In this document: piece after piece, positions 44,700 through 56,140 of the stretch
Layout of the letters: each line of letters opens with the position of its first letter
Numbering within the stretch: position 1 is the first letter of the stretch
Source of the DNA: Rebecca billardiae RCC1528
Lineage: Eukaryota; Protista; Haptophyta
Assembly: GCA_965240325.2 (NCBI GenBank)
Contig: OZ251224.1
Span: forward strand, 4,340,001-4,404,000
Length of the DNA stretch: 64,000 bases
Direction: 5' to 3'
Made by a program: the position numbers and the translations under genes
Notes under the pieces: generated by a model
Seen by the model: the letters and a program-made list of their open reading frames with translations, nothing else
Database searches by the model: none
Told to the model about the DNA's origin: nothing

Positions 44700-47600
44700 A
44701 TGGCGCCTCCCCGCGCGAGGCCCGCGAGGAAGCCGCTCGTCACGAGCGGCGACGGCGCGCTGCCCAACTCGCGGGGCGACTCGCCGTTGCACGCGGGTAA
44801 GCAGCGCACGCGCACAGGGGACGTCGAGCGGCACATCGTCGCGCAGATCTCGGTGTGGCGCGCGCGCGCGCATGCGCGCGCTCCGCGCGGGCGCGGGCGC
44901 GGCGCGCGCTCGCGCGATCCCGCGCGCGGCCGCGGCCGACGCGGCCGGCGTGCACGGTGGCGGGGATGCCAAGCTCACTCCCCACGCGCCGCGCCGCGCC
45001 CGCGGCTCCCGCGCCCCGCGCGCGCCGCCCGCGCGCCCGTCGGCGCGCAGGAGCTGCAGAGGCAGCTGACGAGCGAGCGGCAGCGGCAGCAGGACGTGAA
45101 GGCGCACGCGGACGAGCGGCAGTCGAAGGAGACGTGCCTGATCATCGTGGCGAACCGGCTGCCCGTCTCGCTCTCGCGCCTGCCCTCGGGCGACTGGAAC
45201 GCCGACATGTCCCACGGCGGGCTCGTGTCGGCGCTGATGGGCGTGCGCAACCTGCGGATGACGTGGGTGGGCTGGCCGGGGCTCGAGGTGCCGAAGGAGG
45301 ACCAGCAGGCGGTGTCGGAGCAGCTGCAGCGGCTGCTGCAGTGCGTGCCCGTCTTCCTCGACGCGAAGACCTCGGGCCTGTACTACGACGGCTTCTGCAA
45401 CAACGTGCTCTGGCCGCTGCTGCACTACGTGCCGCTCTCGTCCCTCGGCACCGAGATGCGCGAGGACGAGTGGGACGCGTACCGGCGCGCGAACGCGGCG
45501 TTCGCCGACGCGATCTGCTCGGTGGCGGACGAGGCGGACATGGTGTGGCTGCAGGACTACCACCTCATGCTCCTCCCGCAGCTCCTGCGCGAGCGCCGCC
45601 CGCGCGCCAAGATCGGCTGGTTCCTGCACGTGCCGTGGTGCGCGGCCGAGATCTACGCGTCCTTCCCCAAGCGCAAGCAGATTCTGCGCGGGCTGCTCGG
45701 CGCGGACCTGATCGGCTTCCACGTGTACGACTACGCGCGGCACTTCACCGAGTCGCTGCAGCGCGTGCTCGGCGTCGAGGTCGCCGTGCACCGCGAGACG
45801 TACGTGCGCGACCTCGCGCGCGGCCACTGCCTCGCGGTCGGCGCGTTCCCGATCGGCATCGAGCCCGCGCGCTTTGACCAGCTGCTCGACTCGCTCGAGG
45901 TGAAGGACCGGATCATCGACCTGCGCCGGCGGTTCGACGGGAAGCTGGTGCTGCTCGGGATCGACCGGCTCGACTACATCAAGGGGCTGCCGCACAAGCT
46001 CGCGGGCATGCACCGCTTCCTCTCGCAGCAGCCGCACATGCGGCGGCGCGTCGTGCTGCTGCAGATTGCCGTGCCGTCGCGCGTCGCCGTCCCCGGCTAC
46101 CAGAAGCTGCGCGACTCGGTGCACCGGCTGGTGGCGCAGATCAACGGGCAGTTCGGCACGCTGGGCGACGTGCCCGTGCACTACCTCGACCGCTCGTGCG
46201 ACCTCACCGAGCTCGCCGCGCTCTACTTCGTCGCGGACGCGCTGATCGTCACCTCCCTGCGCGACGGCATGAACCTCGTCTCGTTCGAGTACGTGGCGTG
46301 CCAGCGGCCCAGGGACCCGGGCGTGCTCATCCTGTCGGACTTCGCGGGGGCGGCGCAGTGCCTGCGCGCGGGCGCGCTGGTGGTGAACCCGCACGACGCG
46401 CAGGAGATCGCCAACGCCATCGCGCAGGCCGTCGCCATGCCCTCCGCCGAGCGCGCCGAGCGGCACGCGCACATGGCAGCGTACGTGCGGCGGCACACGG
46501 CGCAGGCGTGGGCGGAGGAGTTCGCGCTCTCGCTCACGCACCTCGAGGCGGAGCTGAGCGAGGCGGGGTTCGCGCGGCGCAACCCGGCGCTGCCGCTGCC
46601 CGCCGGCGCGGTGTGCGCCGGCTTCGCCGCCGCCGCCGCCGCCTCCTCCCAGCGGCTGCTCGTGCTGGGCGTGCTGCACACGCTGCTCGACTGGCGCGCC
46701 TTCCGGGCGGCGGTCGACGCGCGCGCGCTGCCCCGCCGCGTGCGCGACGCGGTGGCCGCGCTCGCGACGGCGCCGCACACGACGGTGGTGATCGTCTCGG
46801 CGCGCGAGCGCGCGCTGCTCGCCGAGTGGTTCGCCGGCATCCCCGTCTGGCTCGTCGCGGAGAACGGCCTCTTCATCTCGGACCGCACCGTGGGCGCGGA
46901 CGCGCCGTGGGAGTGCACCGACGAGAACGCGCTCGGCGCGCCGTGGCTGGCGCACGTGCGGCCCATCTTCGACTTCTTCGAGCAGCGCACGCCGCACACG
47001 TGCATCGAGGCGCACGAGTGCTCGATCACGTGGCACCACGCGAGCGACCTCGACGGCGGCGCCGCCGTCGACGCGGCGGGCGCCGCCGCCTCGGCCGCCG
47101 CGTCGGCGGGCGGCGAGCGCGCGCGCGGCGTGAGCGCTGACGCGGCCGCGGCCGCGGCCGCGTCCGCGGGCATGGCGGGCTCCGGCCGGCCGCTGCGCGC
47201 GCCGGTGGGCGAGATCTCGCACGCCGACTTCGCGGCGTACATGGCCTCCGAGCTGTACGCCCACCTCGCCCGCGCCCTCCGCTCCGCGCGCGTGGAGGTG
47301 CACCTGGACGCAGACCGCGTGGAGGTGCGCCCCTCCGCCGTCTCCAAGGGCTCCGCCATCGAGCTCATCCTCGACAGGTGCGCGCGCGAGCGTGCGCGCA
47401 CGCGCACGCGCACGCGCGGCGCAGGCGCGCGCGCGCGGAGGCGCGCGCGGAGGGGCGCACGCCGAGGGGCGCACAGGCGCGCGGACGCACGTGCGGAGGG
47501 GCGCACGCGCGGCGCAGCGGCACACGCGCTCGGGCGCACGCAGCCTGTGCGCACGGTGCGCACGCGGAGGGGCTGCGCCGCGCGCGCCGAGGCTGAGCGG

Positions 47601-49418
47601 ACGGCCGCCCCGCGCGCGCCACCCGCCGCACGCGCGCGCGCCCGCCCGCCGCACGCGCGCGCGCCCCGCCCTCCGTGCGCGCGGCAGGCTGCCGTGGGAC
47701 GCCGCCTTCGTGCTGTGCGTGAGCGCGGCGTCCGCGCGAGACGCGGACCTCTTCACCGCGCTGCAGTCTCTGGACGCGGCGCAGCTGTTCACCTCCACGG
47801 TGAGCGTGGGCGGCTCGGTCGCGGAGTCGGGCGCGCACTACTTCGTGCCCAACCAGGCGGCGGCGGGGCACGTGCTCGGGCAGCTGGCGGAGCTCGCGCG
47901 CGCGCAGCAGGCCGCCGCGCGCTCGGCGGGCGCGCTGCCGCCGCCGGGGCCGGCGGCGGCCGCGCCGTCCGCGCTGCGCTCGGTGCGCGCGATCGCGCGC
48001 CGCATCGCGCTCGCGCAGGCCGCGGTCGAGCCCGCCGCCGCGGCCGCGAGCGGCGCGGTGCGCACGTGCGCGGCGGTGTGCATCCTCGAGCTGGACGGCT
48101 CCGCCTCCGCCGTCGCGGCGGAGACGCTCGAGGCGCTGCTGCCCAAGCTGCACGTGGCGTACATCGAGCGCGCGGCGCACAGCGCGCGGCCGGCGCTCGG
48201 CGCGGCCGCGGCCGCGGCCGCGGCCGCGCAGCCGGCGGCGCTGGGCGCGGGCGCGGCGGCGGGCGCGGGCGCGGGCGCGGAGGCGGACGCGCGGCGCGCG
48301 GCGCGGTGGGCGCGCACCGCGCCGCCGCACGGCGCGGGCGGCGCTGGCGCGGGCGGCGGCGCTGGCGCGGGCGGCGGCGACTTGGGCGCTGGCGCGGCGC
48401 GCGCGGCCGCGGCGGGCGGCGCGGCGGGCGGCGCGCGCGCACCGCCCTCCGACCGCGAGAGCGTGCGCCTCAAGCTGTGGGCGCGCCGCCCGCCCGCGGG
48501 CGGCGCAGACGAGCCCGCCGCGCCGGGCGGCGGCGCGCGCCGCGCCCGGCCGAGCGGCGGCGACGGGTCGGGCGGCGGCGGCACGGCCGCCCCCGCGTTG
48601 GCCCCGTCCTTGGCGCTCGGCGCGCCCTCCGCCGCCGAGCGCCGCTCGGCCGGCGGCGGCGCGTGCCCGGCGGAGCTGCCCGGCTCGCCCTGCCTGCTCA
48701 GCGCGGCCTCTGCGTTCGCTCCGGCGCTGGACGAGCTGGCCGCAGCGCTCGGCCCGCAGCTGGCCGGGCTGGCCGCGGTCGAGCGCGAGGAGGGCGCGTG
48801 CTGCGTGCGCGTCGGCGCGGCAGGGACCGCCGCGTCCGCCACGCAGGCGGCCGAGCGCGCGGTCGCCAGCGCCGTGAGCGGCCTTCCGATGCTCACGCGC
48901 ACGCGCAGCAGCAGCAGCGCCGAGGTGCGCGCGCGCGCGCCGCGCGCCCCTTTGCGCGCGCGCGGCGGCTCACCGCGCCGCGCGCCGCGCCGCCCTCCCC
49001 GTGTGCGCAGGGCCTCGCGATCGGCGCGGACGCGGGCTGGGCGGAGTCTGTGCACGCGGTGCCGTACCTGCTGCGCCGCCTCTCCGCCTCGCTGTGCGTG
49101 GAGGACGTGCTGCCCGTGCTGATCGGAGACCGCCACTCCGAGCCCACCTTCAGGGCGCTGCGCGAGGCGTTCGGCGTGGACGCGGCGCAGCAGCCGCTGC
49201 CGCCCGTGCCCGCGCCCGGCCGCGCGGCGACCACGCAGCACGGCGGCGGCGTGGGCGCCATCTCGATCGGCGTGGGGCTGGACACGGACGCGCCCACCGC
49301 CGCCATGTACAGGCTGGCCGACGCCGCCGAGCTCGACGCGTTTCTGCGCGCGCTCGCGCACGCGCTGCCGGACGTGCCGGTGGGCGGCTGGGTGCGCGCC
49401 ACGTACGCGCACGTCTGA
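44700..49418 (+). CDS. TPS: Trehalose-6-phosphate synthase (GT20) with degenerate phosphatase-like C-terminal domains; introns 44853-45050, 47378-47687, 48925-49010
   Basis: VANRLP, SHGGLVSAL, WVGWPG, YYDGFCNNVLWPLLHY, QDYHL, FLHVPW, GIDRLDYIKG, RDGMNLVSFEY. Confidence 0.92.
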   Translation: MAPPRARPARKPLVTSGDGALPNSRGDSPLHAGKQRTRTGDVERHIVAQISVWRARAHARAPRGRGRGARSRDPARGRGRRGRRARWRGCQAHSPRAAPRPRLPRPARAARAPVGAQELQRQLTSERQRQQDVKAHADERQSKETCLIIVANRLPVSLSRLPSGDWNADMSHGGLVSALMGVRNLRMTWVGWPGLEVPKEDQQAVSEQLQRLLQCVPVFLDAKTSGLYYDGFCNNVLWPLLHYVPLSSLGTEMREDEWDAYRRANAAFADAICSVADEADMVWLQDYHLMLLPQLLRERRPRAKIGWFLHVPWCAAEIYASFPKRKQILRGLLGADLIGFHVYDYARHFTESLQRVLGVEVAVHRETYVRDLARGHCLAVGAFPIGIEPARFDQLLDSLEVKDRIIDLRRRFDGKLVLLGIDRLDYIKGLPHKLAGMHRFLSQQPHMRRRVVLLQIAVPSRVAVPGYQKLRDSVHRLVAQINGQFGTLGDVPVHYLDRSCDLTELAALYFVADALIVTSLRDGMNLVSFEYVACQRPRDPGVLILSDFAGAAQCLRAGALVVNPHDAQEIANAIAQAVAMPSAERAERHAHMAAYVRRHTAQAWAEEFALSLTHLEAELSEAGFARRNPALPLPAGAVCAGFAAAAAASSQRLLVLGVLHTLLDWRAFRAAVDARALPRRVRDAVAALATAPHTTVVIVSARERALLAEWFAGIPVWLVAENGLFISDRTVGADAPWECTDENALGAPWLAHVRPIFDFFEQRTPHTCIEAHECSITWHHASDLDGGAAVDAAGAAASAAASAGGERARGVSADAAAAAAASAGMAGSGRPLRAPVGEISHADFAAYMASELYAHLARALRSARVEVHLDADRVEVRPSAVSKGSAIELILDRCARERARTRTRTRGAGARARRRARRGARRGAHRRADARAEGRTRGAAAHALGRTQPVRTVRTRRGCAARAEAERTAAPRAPPAARARARPPHARAPRPPCARQAAVGRRLRAVRERGVRARRGPLHRAAVSGRGAAVHLHGERGRLGRGVGRALLRAQPGGGGARARAAGGARARAAGRRALGGRAAAAGAGGGRAVRAALGARDRAPHRARAGRGRARRRGRERRGAHVRGGVHPRAGRLRLRRRGGDARGAAAQAARGVHRARGAQRAAGARRGRGRGRGRAAGGAGRGRGGGRGRGRGGGRAARGAVGAHRAAARRGRRWRGRRRWRGRRRLGRWRGARGRGGRRGGRRARTALRPRERAPQAVGAPPARGRRRRARRAGRRRAPRPAERRRRVGRRRHGRPRVGPVLGARRALRRRAPLGRRRRVPGGAARLALPAQRGLCVRSGAGRAGRSARPAAGRAGRGRARGGRVLRARRRGRDRRVRHAGGRARGRQRRERPSDAHAHAQQQQRRGARARAARPFARARRLTAPRAAPPSPCAQGLAIGADAGWAESVHAVPYLLRRLSASLCVEDVLPVLIGDRHSEPTFRALREAFGVDAAQQPLPPVPAPGRAATTQHGGGVGAISIGVGLDTDAPTAAMYRLADAAELDAFLRALAHALPDVPVGGWVRATYAHV

Positions 49419-49936
49419 CGGACGCGCCGGGCGGCGCTCGACGACGACGGCGCGGGTGCGGCGGTCCGCGCGAGTCGGGGCGGCGTGCCCTCACGGCCTG
49501 ACGGCTGACGCTGCTGGAGGGCACACGGCAGGCTCAGCGCGCGGTCGTCACCACTTCGTCACTGGCGCCAGCGCGCATCAGCCGCATGGTCGACAGTGCC
49601 GCAGTCGTGCCGACAGCAATCAGCAGGCGACGATGCTCTGCGCGGTGCGGCGCGCGCGACGATGTATGCTGCGCATATTCATCATATCGTCGTCAGGCTT
49701 TTATATTTAATTATCAACAGTCGCAGCACTTCGCATACAATAGCAAGCAGCAGCGGCGCGCAAGCACTTTTGGCCCGCCCGGTCGCCGGGATGATGACTA
49801 CTGACGCAGTCAAACTCGAGAATCAGACCACAGACGCGCGACGAGAATGAGCTGCGGCTGCTGCGAGGGTGGCAGGGTTCCCTGGCTGCGCAGAAAAGCG
49901 CACCGGGCACACACCTCCGGACGCGCGCATCTACTA

Positions 49937-51474
49937 ATGGCGACGACGACGACGGCGCGCGCGCTAGTCGTCACGATCGCGGCGCTGCCGCTGCTGCTAC
50001 TGCTGCTGCTGCCAATGGCGGCGCGCGCGCCCTTCTGCCCGAACGGGCCGATGCACGTGGACGCACGCGCGCGCCCGCTGCTGCTCGCGCACCACGCGCA
50101 GCTGCGCTCGCGGCCGTGGGCGTACGGGCCGCTCCCCGCGCCCGCGCCGGACGGCGCAGAGCGCGGCAGCGGGCGCGGGCGCGAGGCGCCGCGGCAGCTG
50201 TGGGACGCGGGCGCGTGGGCGGGCGAGACGATGCCCAAGTTCGAGGACGCCGACTGGCCCAAGCCCCGCGGCTGCCCCCCCGTCCCCGCCTCCCTCAGCC
50301 CGCTCAGCTGCCTGCCGCACAATGGCTACCTGCTGGGGCACGTGGGCGGCGCGGGCGGCACCGCGCTGCTCGTGCACCTGGGGCTGAAGACGGGGACGTC
50401 GGCGATGCGCGCGTTCTGGCGCTGCGCGTTCGGCGGCGAGGAGCGGCGGTACCGCGCCCTCCCGCGCGCCGCCCTCGCGCCCTCCAGCCGCATGCTGCAC
50501 GCGGCGATGGTGCGCGCCCCGCTCGAGCGCCTGCTGGCGGGGTACGTGGAGCTGCTGCTGCGCAACACGCGCGCCGTGCGCGCGCACGGCTCGGGCCGCG
50601 TGTTCCGGCTGCCCACCGCGGCGCACATGGCGAGGATGCTCGAGGAGACGTTCGACGACGGCCTCGCGCGCGTCAACCAGGCGCTGGCGCGCGCGCGCGC
50701 ACCCCACGGCGACGGCGGTGCGCCGGGCTCGTCCGCCTCGGATGCGGCCGCGTTCGCGGCCGCGCTGCGCACCACCGCGGCCGGCTGGCTCGTGGCGGGC
50801 TACACGCGCGCCGACGGCCGCGACGGCGGCTGGCCCACGCGCACGGCGCCCGAGTCCGCCGCCTCCCCCGAGGGCGTGCCGGGCGAGCTGGACGAGCTGC
50901 AGCGCTTCCGCGCGTTTGTGCGCTCGCTGTCGTGCGGAGGGCGGTGGCACGGCGTGGGCCACGTCGAGTCGCTGAGCGCGCAGCTGAGCGTCTCGCCGCT
51001 CGCGCCCGCCAACCACGCGCTGCTCGGCGCGCGCAAGCGGCAGCACCGGCAGCGGCAGCGCGGCGCGTGCCCGCTTGGCGCGCTGGGCGACACGGTGCCC
51101 CCGCCCATCCAGATGCTCATCCGACAGGAGGCGCTGCGCGAGGACCTCAAGCGCGTGCTGGGCGCGCTCAACGCGACGCACGCGCTGCGCAGCTGCCCGC
51201 TGCCGCGCCGGCGGCAGGACAACCGCCCGCCCGAGCTGGAGGACAAGCTGCGCGCCAAGCGGCGCGAGGGCGGCGGCGGCGCGCCCAACCAGAACCAGAC
51301 GGAGGCGGCGGTGGCCTCCGCCGTCTCGGGGCTGCCGGACAGGGGCGCGCTGCGGCGTGCGCTGGCGGAGGAGCCCGAGCTCGTGCGCGCCGTGTGCCGC
51401 GTGTACGCGCAGGACTACGCGTGCCTGCCCTACCCGCTGCCGTACAGCTGCAACGAGCTGATGCGCCCGCCCGC

Positions 51475-51516
<42 letters not shown>

Positions 51517-51942
51517 GCAGCAGCCGCAGCCGCAGCCGCCGCCCGGCTGGGGCCGCGCCAACGGCGGCGCGATGGCGGCTGGCTTCCCGAGGCAGCCGAT
51601 GGGCGCGGGCGCAGCCGCCTTCCCGCACGGCGGCGGAGGCGCCCGCGCGTGGTGGGCCGGCGGGGCCGCGCCGCAGCCGCCGACGGCGCAGCCGCTGTGG
51701 CAGCGCCACGTGCAGCGGCCGCCGCCGCAGCAGCGGCCGTTCAGGCACAAGCCGCGCGCGCCGCCTGCGCCAGCAGCGGGCCACGGTGACTGGGGGCGCG
51801 GCTGGTCGCACCGAGCGCCGCGCCCGCAGCAGCCCGCCTGGGCGGCGCACGGTGGCACGATCGGTGGCGGGGCGCCGATGCGGCCGGCCGCGGCCCCGCT
51901 CGGCACGAGATTCGGCGGCGGCAGCGGCCGGGCCGGGCCAGC

Positions 51943-51976
<34 letters not shown>

Positions 51977-52117
51977 TCTCCCATCAGCCTTCCTGGGCTC
52001 GCGGGCGGGCAGCTCGCCCCGCTGCTCAGCTCGCTCAAGGAGGGGCTGGCGGGGCTGCAGCACATCCTGAAGGGCCCGGGCATCGCTCGGCAGAGTCCGC
52101 AGCGTGAGCGGTCGTAG
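49937..52117 (+). CDS. Membrane-anchored sulfotransferase-like protein (Sulfotransfer_2-like) with Q/P/G-rich tail
   Basis: N-terminal poly-Leu TM; LKTGTSAM PAPS loop; VRAPLERLLAGY; VCRVYAQDYACLPY. Confidence 0.75.
51476..51514 (+). repeat. (CAG)n polyglutamine tract
   Basis: Read directly within the CDS. Confidence 0.9.
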
Positions 52118-54006
52118 GGCGCCATATCACAATCACATCGCGTAGTAGTCTCACAGTGCGCTAACACGGGCCGAAAGTTGAATGAGAGGCGTCACGATGG
52201 CTGCCGACGCGCGCGCTGGCCGACCGTCCTCAAGAGGCCGTGATCGGCGGCGTAGACCGCGCGGCGGACCTCGCGAGAGAGCCTAGTCCTAGTCTTCAGC
52301 GGCGCTGATCAACGCCTTCCTCCTCCTTCGCCTCGAGAGCAGCTCCACATGACACGCGCCGAGACGGCCGCAAAGCGACTCCGAAGCGACTCTGCGAGCG
52401 CGCCGCCGGCTGCTCTGAGCATGCGGAGATGGTCAGCTCTTTCGGGTGCGCGGCATGCGCGCTAGATTGCTGACTTTCATGGTACAGCTCGGCTGCTCGA
52501 AACGTGCACGTCTGCTCTCGCGTGCTGGCACGACTCACGCTCTCCAAACTGACCGCCGCTCATGTCAGGGCATGCTGCCGCAAGCTCTCATCCTCAATCG
52601 CATCCCAGCGGCACCCGGGCACAGACGCAGGTGCACATCGACCTGGAGTGGCTGTCGTCGTCGCCACTACCTCTCGGCTGGCGCTCAGCACCAAGTTGCC
52701 GCGTAAATGAACGCGCGCGCGACGGCTTTCTGACCACGGCCCGTGTTGTGCAGGTCGTGGTCACACGTGAGCGCGGCGCTGCGGAGACGGGGCGGGGCCT
52801 CGCTTGTCCGTGACGCTGGCAGCGTGTCACGCGGGCCCACCGCCACGCCGCGCCGCAGGCCGCAACGCGCCGCGCCGTGCTGCGCTGCTCGCAAGTGCTG
52901 CCGTCAGCCAGGTCGGAGTTCGCGGTCGGTCGTCATGATGTCACGGACACGGTCAGCGGCTCCCGCCAGCCGTCGTCGCACCCGACGGCCCGAGCTCAGC
53001 TGAGAGTGAGGCGCGCGTCTACGAAGAGGCGATGCGCAACTACAGCATGCAACAGCGTGGCGTGCCGCGCTCGCGGGCTCCCCAAGCCTGCCGACTCATC
53101 CGCCAGCCAGCCAGCCGCCGACACGACGCGACGAGCTGAGTGGCCGTGGTCCGTGGCCGGTGCCTTCGCCGCGCGCGGGCACGCTGGAATCCATTCGGTC
53201 CGTCAGAGCCGATCATATCACGCGTATATTTTATTAGCAGCAGGCGAGCAGGCCGCTTGATACGACGCGTCTACTCCTCCTCCTTTACGCGCGCATATCA
53301 AGCTACGACCGGGCTATAGCCATAGGCCGCTACTCTGCTGCGAGTCTCAGCTGCGCCTACGCGGACACGGTGCGGTCAGAGCGGACCGTCAGCACACGGT
53401 CACGGGCGCGGTCGGGGCGCCGCAGCCAGCAGGCGACGTCGGCCGCGAAGTCAGCACAGTGATGGTGATGCGCCGAAAACGTGCAAGCGCGCCACGAGGA
53501 GACCCCAGACACATCACGTCAGCCACTCGTCGTGCGTCTTTCGTCGCCTGCTCCACCCAGCCCTCAAGTCAAGCTCAGGTGCCCCTGTGGCGGCAACCCG
53601 ACCCCCTCATGCACTCCTCGGGAATCGGCAGCGCGCGCGTACGCGCGCAGATCATCTCTTTGGCCGTGAGCGCATGGAGGCCGAAAGATACGACTGGATG
53701 GCGAGAACGCGTGCTCTTGACACCTTTGATGCGCAACGCAGGGTGCTCGTGCATCAGCTACGCCCGGTAAGCCGCTCGCACGCCAGCTGGGATGCTCGGG
53801 CTCCTCGCACGGCCGGACTGCTCGAGTGCCCGTCGTGTGCCGTATGCTCAGCAGCACAGCCGACGGGGCACACCTGATGCAGCGTCTTCTGACACTGCGC
53901 GTGTAGTGAGCTCGTACGCCAGCCCACTGCCTGCGCAGCCCGCTTGATCCCGATGATCGAGCCAACACGTGGATCCCATGCGCCTGCGCGAGCGCGGCCG
54001 CGGCGC

Positions 54007-54720
54007 GCCCGCGAATGCAAGGGGGTGCAGCTCGTGAACAGTGGAACGCAGCTGTGATGCACTTGGCCATGCGTGTACACCGAACAATTTCAGCCACGTA
54101 ACTTTCTGCGATGCCCTCCTAGACCCCGCTGTGAGCCGCCGTGTGGCGCGGCGCGCGCGAGGTGCGCGCGCAGGCTGCCGAGCGCCCGGCACGCGCACTC
54201 CGGTCAGAGGCGGACGGAGGCGGCCGCGATGGGAGGCATGACCCGCGAGCCCGAACGAGCGTGAGTGATGCAGAACTCAGCCGCCCCCCGTCTTGGCGCA
54301 CGCCATGCGGCTGGCGTCTCTGCGCGCGCATGTTCGCGTGCGGATTTCAGATGTTCCTGCTCGCGAAGCAACCGCGGGGAGCCCGCGAATTGAGGGGGGG
54401 TGCAGCTCGTCAACGGCGAAACGCAGCTGTGCTACCTTTGATGATGCGTGTACACCGAACAATTTCAGCCACGTAACTTTCTGCGATTCCCTCCTAGACC
54501 CCCTGTCAGCCGCGGTGTGGCGCGGCGCGCGGCCAGGCGATGTCGCAGACTGCTGGCGCACCTGCACGCGCACTCTGGTCAAAGGCGGACGGAGGCGGCC
54601 GCAATGGGAGGCATGACCCGCGAGCCCGAACGAGCGCAGGTGATGCAGAACTCAGCCGCCCCCCGTCTTGGCGCACGCCATGCGGCTGGCGTCGCTGCGC
54701 GCGCGTGTTCGCGCGCGGAT
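54007..54720. repeat. Imperfect tandem duplication, period about 375 bp (copies 54007-54345 and 54381-54720)
   Basis: Both copies start GCCCGCGAAT and share identical blocks such as ATGCGTGTACACCGAACAATTTCAGCCACGTAACTTTCTGCGAT and GTGATGCAGAACTCAGCCGCC...GCGGCTGGCGTC. Confidence 0.95.
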
Positions 54721-55246
54721 GGCTGCGCCAGCGATGGCGGCCGGCCGCCGCGAAAACGTCCCTGATCGCGGAATCGGCCGATTCTGCCAATTCAACTTTC
54801 GGTGCCGGTTAGCGCACTGTGTATTGATGATTCAGCCTGAATGGCGGCCCCGATGCCCGCCATGGCACGGGCACTCGGGCTCGGCCGTCGGCGCCGACGG
54901 TGGTCGCCGGCGGCCGCGCACTCACCGACGAGTGAATTCGTTCGAGAGAATCCGAGTTCAGTAGTTCACTGACACTACTCACTAGTCTAAGCAGGTTAAC
55001 ATATATATATACATATATATACAATGCTCACTTCACAGCCAGCCAGCAGTGTCAGCAGCAGCGCAAATCTATATTTGATGATTGTCAGTGGTCGTCGCGC
55101 GTCCATATCAGCAGGCGGTCGGACTGAGGGTGAATACTGCCAGCTGGGACCATACTACGTCCGCATGCCGCTGGCGCGGGCCTGGCCGCCGGCCCGTTGT
55201 CGTCGGCCGCCAGGCCCGCCGAGCGCACCGCGATCCGGGCTGCTGC

Positions 55247-56140
55247 TCAGTCCTCGCCGGTGGGCATCGTCGGCACGGCCTGCGGGTGCGCGCTGGTCTC
55301 CCAGTGCCAGAGCGCCGGCACCTTAGGCCCGGCCACCTCCTCGACGGGGAAGCGCTTGAGCAGCGTGTGCAGCTCCGCCTCCGTGCCGACTGTGTGCAGG
55401 TCGCCGCCCGCCTGCGGGCCCGGCCAGCGCTCGGCGGCCTGCGCGATGCCGGCGGTGAGCATGCCGATGTGCGCGGTCATCGGCATGGCGGACGGGTCCT
55501 TGGAGAGCTCGGGGTAGTTCCGGATGGGCAGCTTGCCCACGCGCACCTCGGACATGAACACCGAGTCCGCCTTGGACTTGGCCTCGGCGCGCAGCGCGGA
55601 CGCGAGCCCGGAGACGTGGTGCGCGTTGATGCGCGTGAGCGAGGAGAGCTGGCGCTGCGTCACGGCGGAGGTGCCCGTGATGTAGGTGTACGAGGCGCCC
55701 TCCATGTGGCGCAGCTTCGGGATCAGCGCCTGCGCCACGCCGAAGTGCAGGTCGACGAGCACGCCGGCGTTGTGCCGGAAGATGTCGCGCTCCATCTCCA
55801 GGATGGAGGCGCCCTGCTTGGGGATGGTGAGGGTGCCGGTCTCGTCCTCGTCGCCCGCCTGGCCCCACCAGGCGACGCCGCAGTGCGCGACCACGTGCGT
55901 CGGCGTGCCGATGTCGAAGACGCGCTCCATCGTTTTGTCCAGCCCGGACGGCAGCATCGTGCCGTGCACGCAGTGCAGCCGCTCCGGGTGGCCGAGGTCC
56001 TCGTGGAGCTGCACGAGCTTCGCCTCGGAGCGCGAGTTGATCGTGACGGTCGCGCCGGCCTGGAGCAGCCCGCGCGCGATCGCGCGGCCCACCGGGCCCA
56101 CGCCGCCCACCACGAGCGCTGCCTTGCCGGTGAGGCTCAT
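55247..56140 (-). CDS. Atypical short-chain dehydrogenase/reductase
   Basis: LTGKAALVVGGVGPVGRAIA Rossmann start, SRSEAKL; no YxxxK at the expected position. Confidence 0.85.
   Translation of the reverse strand: MSLTGKAALVVGGVGPVGRAIARGLLQAGATVTINSRSEAKLVQLHEDLGHPERLHCVHGTMLPSGLDKTMERVFDIGTPTHVVAHCGVAWWGQAGDEDETGTLTIPKQGASILEMERDIFRHNAGVLVDLHFGVAQALIPKLRHMEGASYTYITGTSAVTQRQLSSLTRINAHHVSGLASALRAEAKSKADSVFMSEVRVGKLPIRNYPELSKDPSAMPMTAHIGMLTAGIAQAAERWPGPQAGGDLHTVGTEAELHTLLKRFPVEEVAGPKVPALWHWETSAHPQAVPTMPTGED

Noticed and set aside
54007-54720. CRISPR array or LTR pair
   Set aside because: Only two long adjacent copies, no repeat-spacer periodicity, no cas genes, no TG...CA ends or internal retroelement ORF; eukaryotic context.
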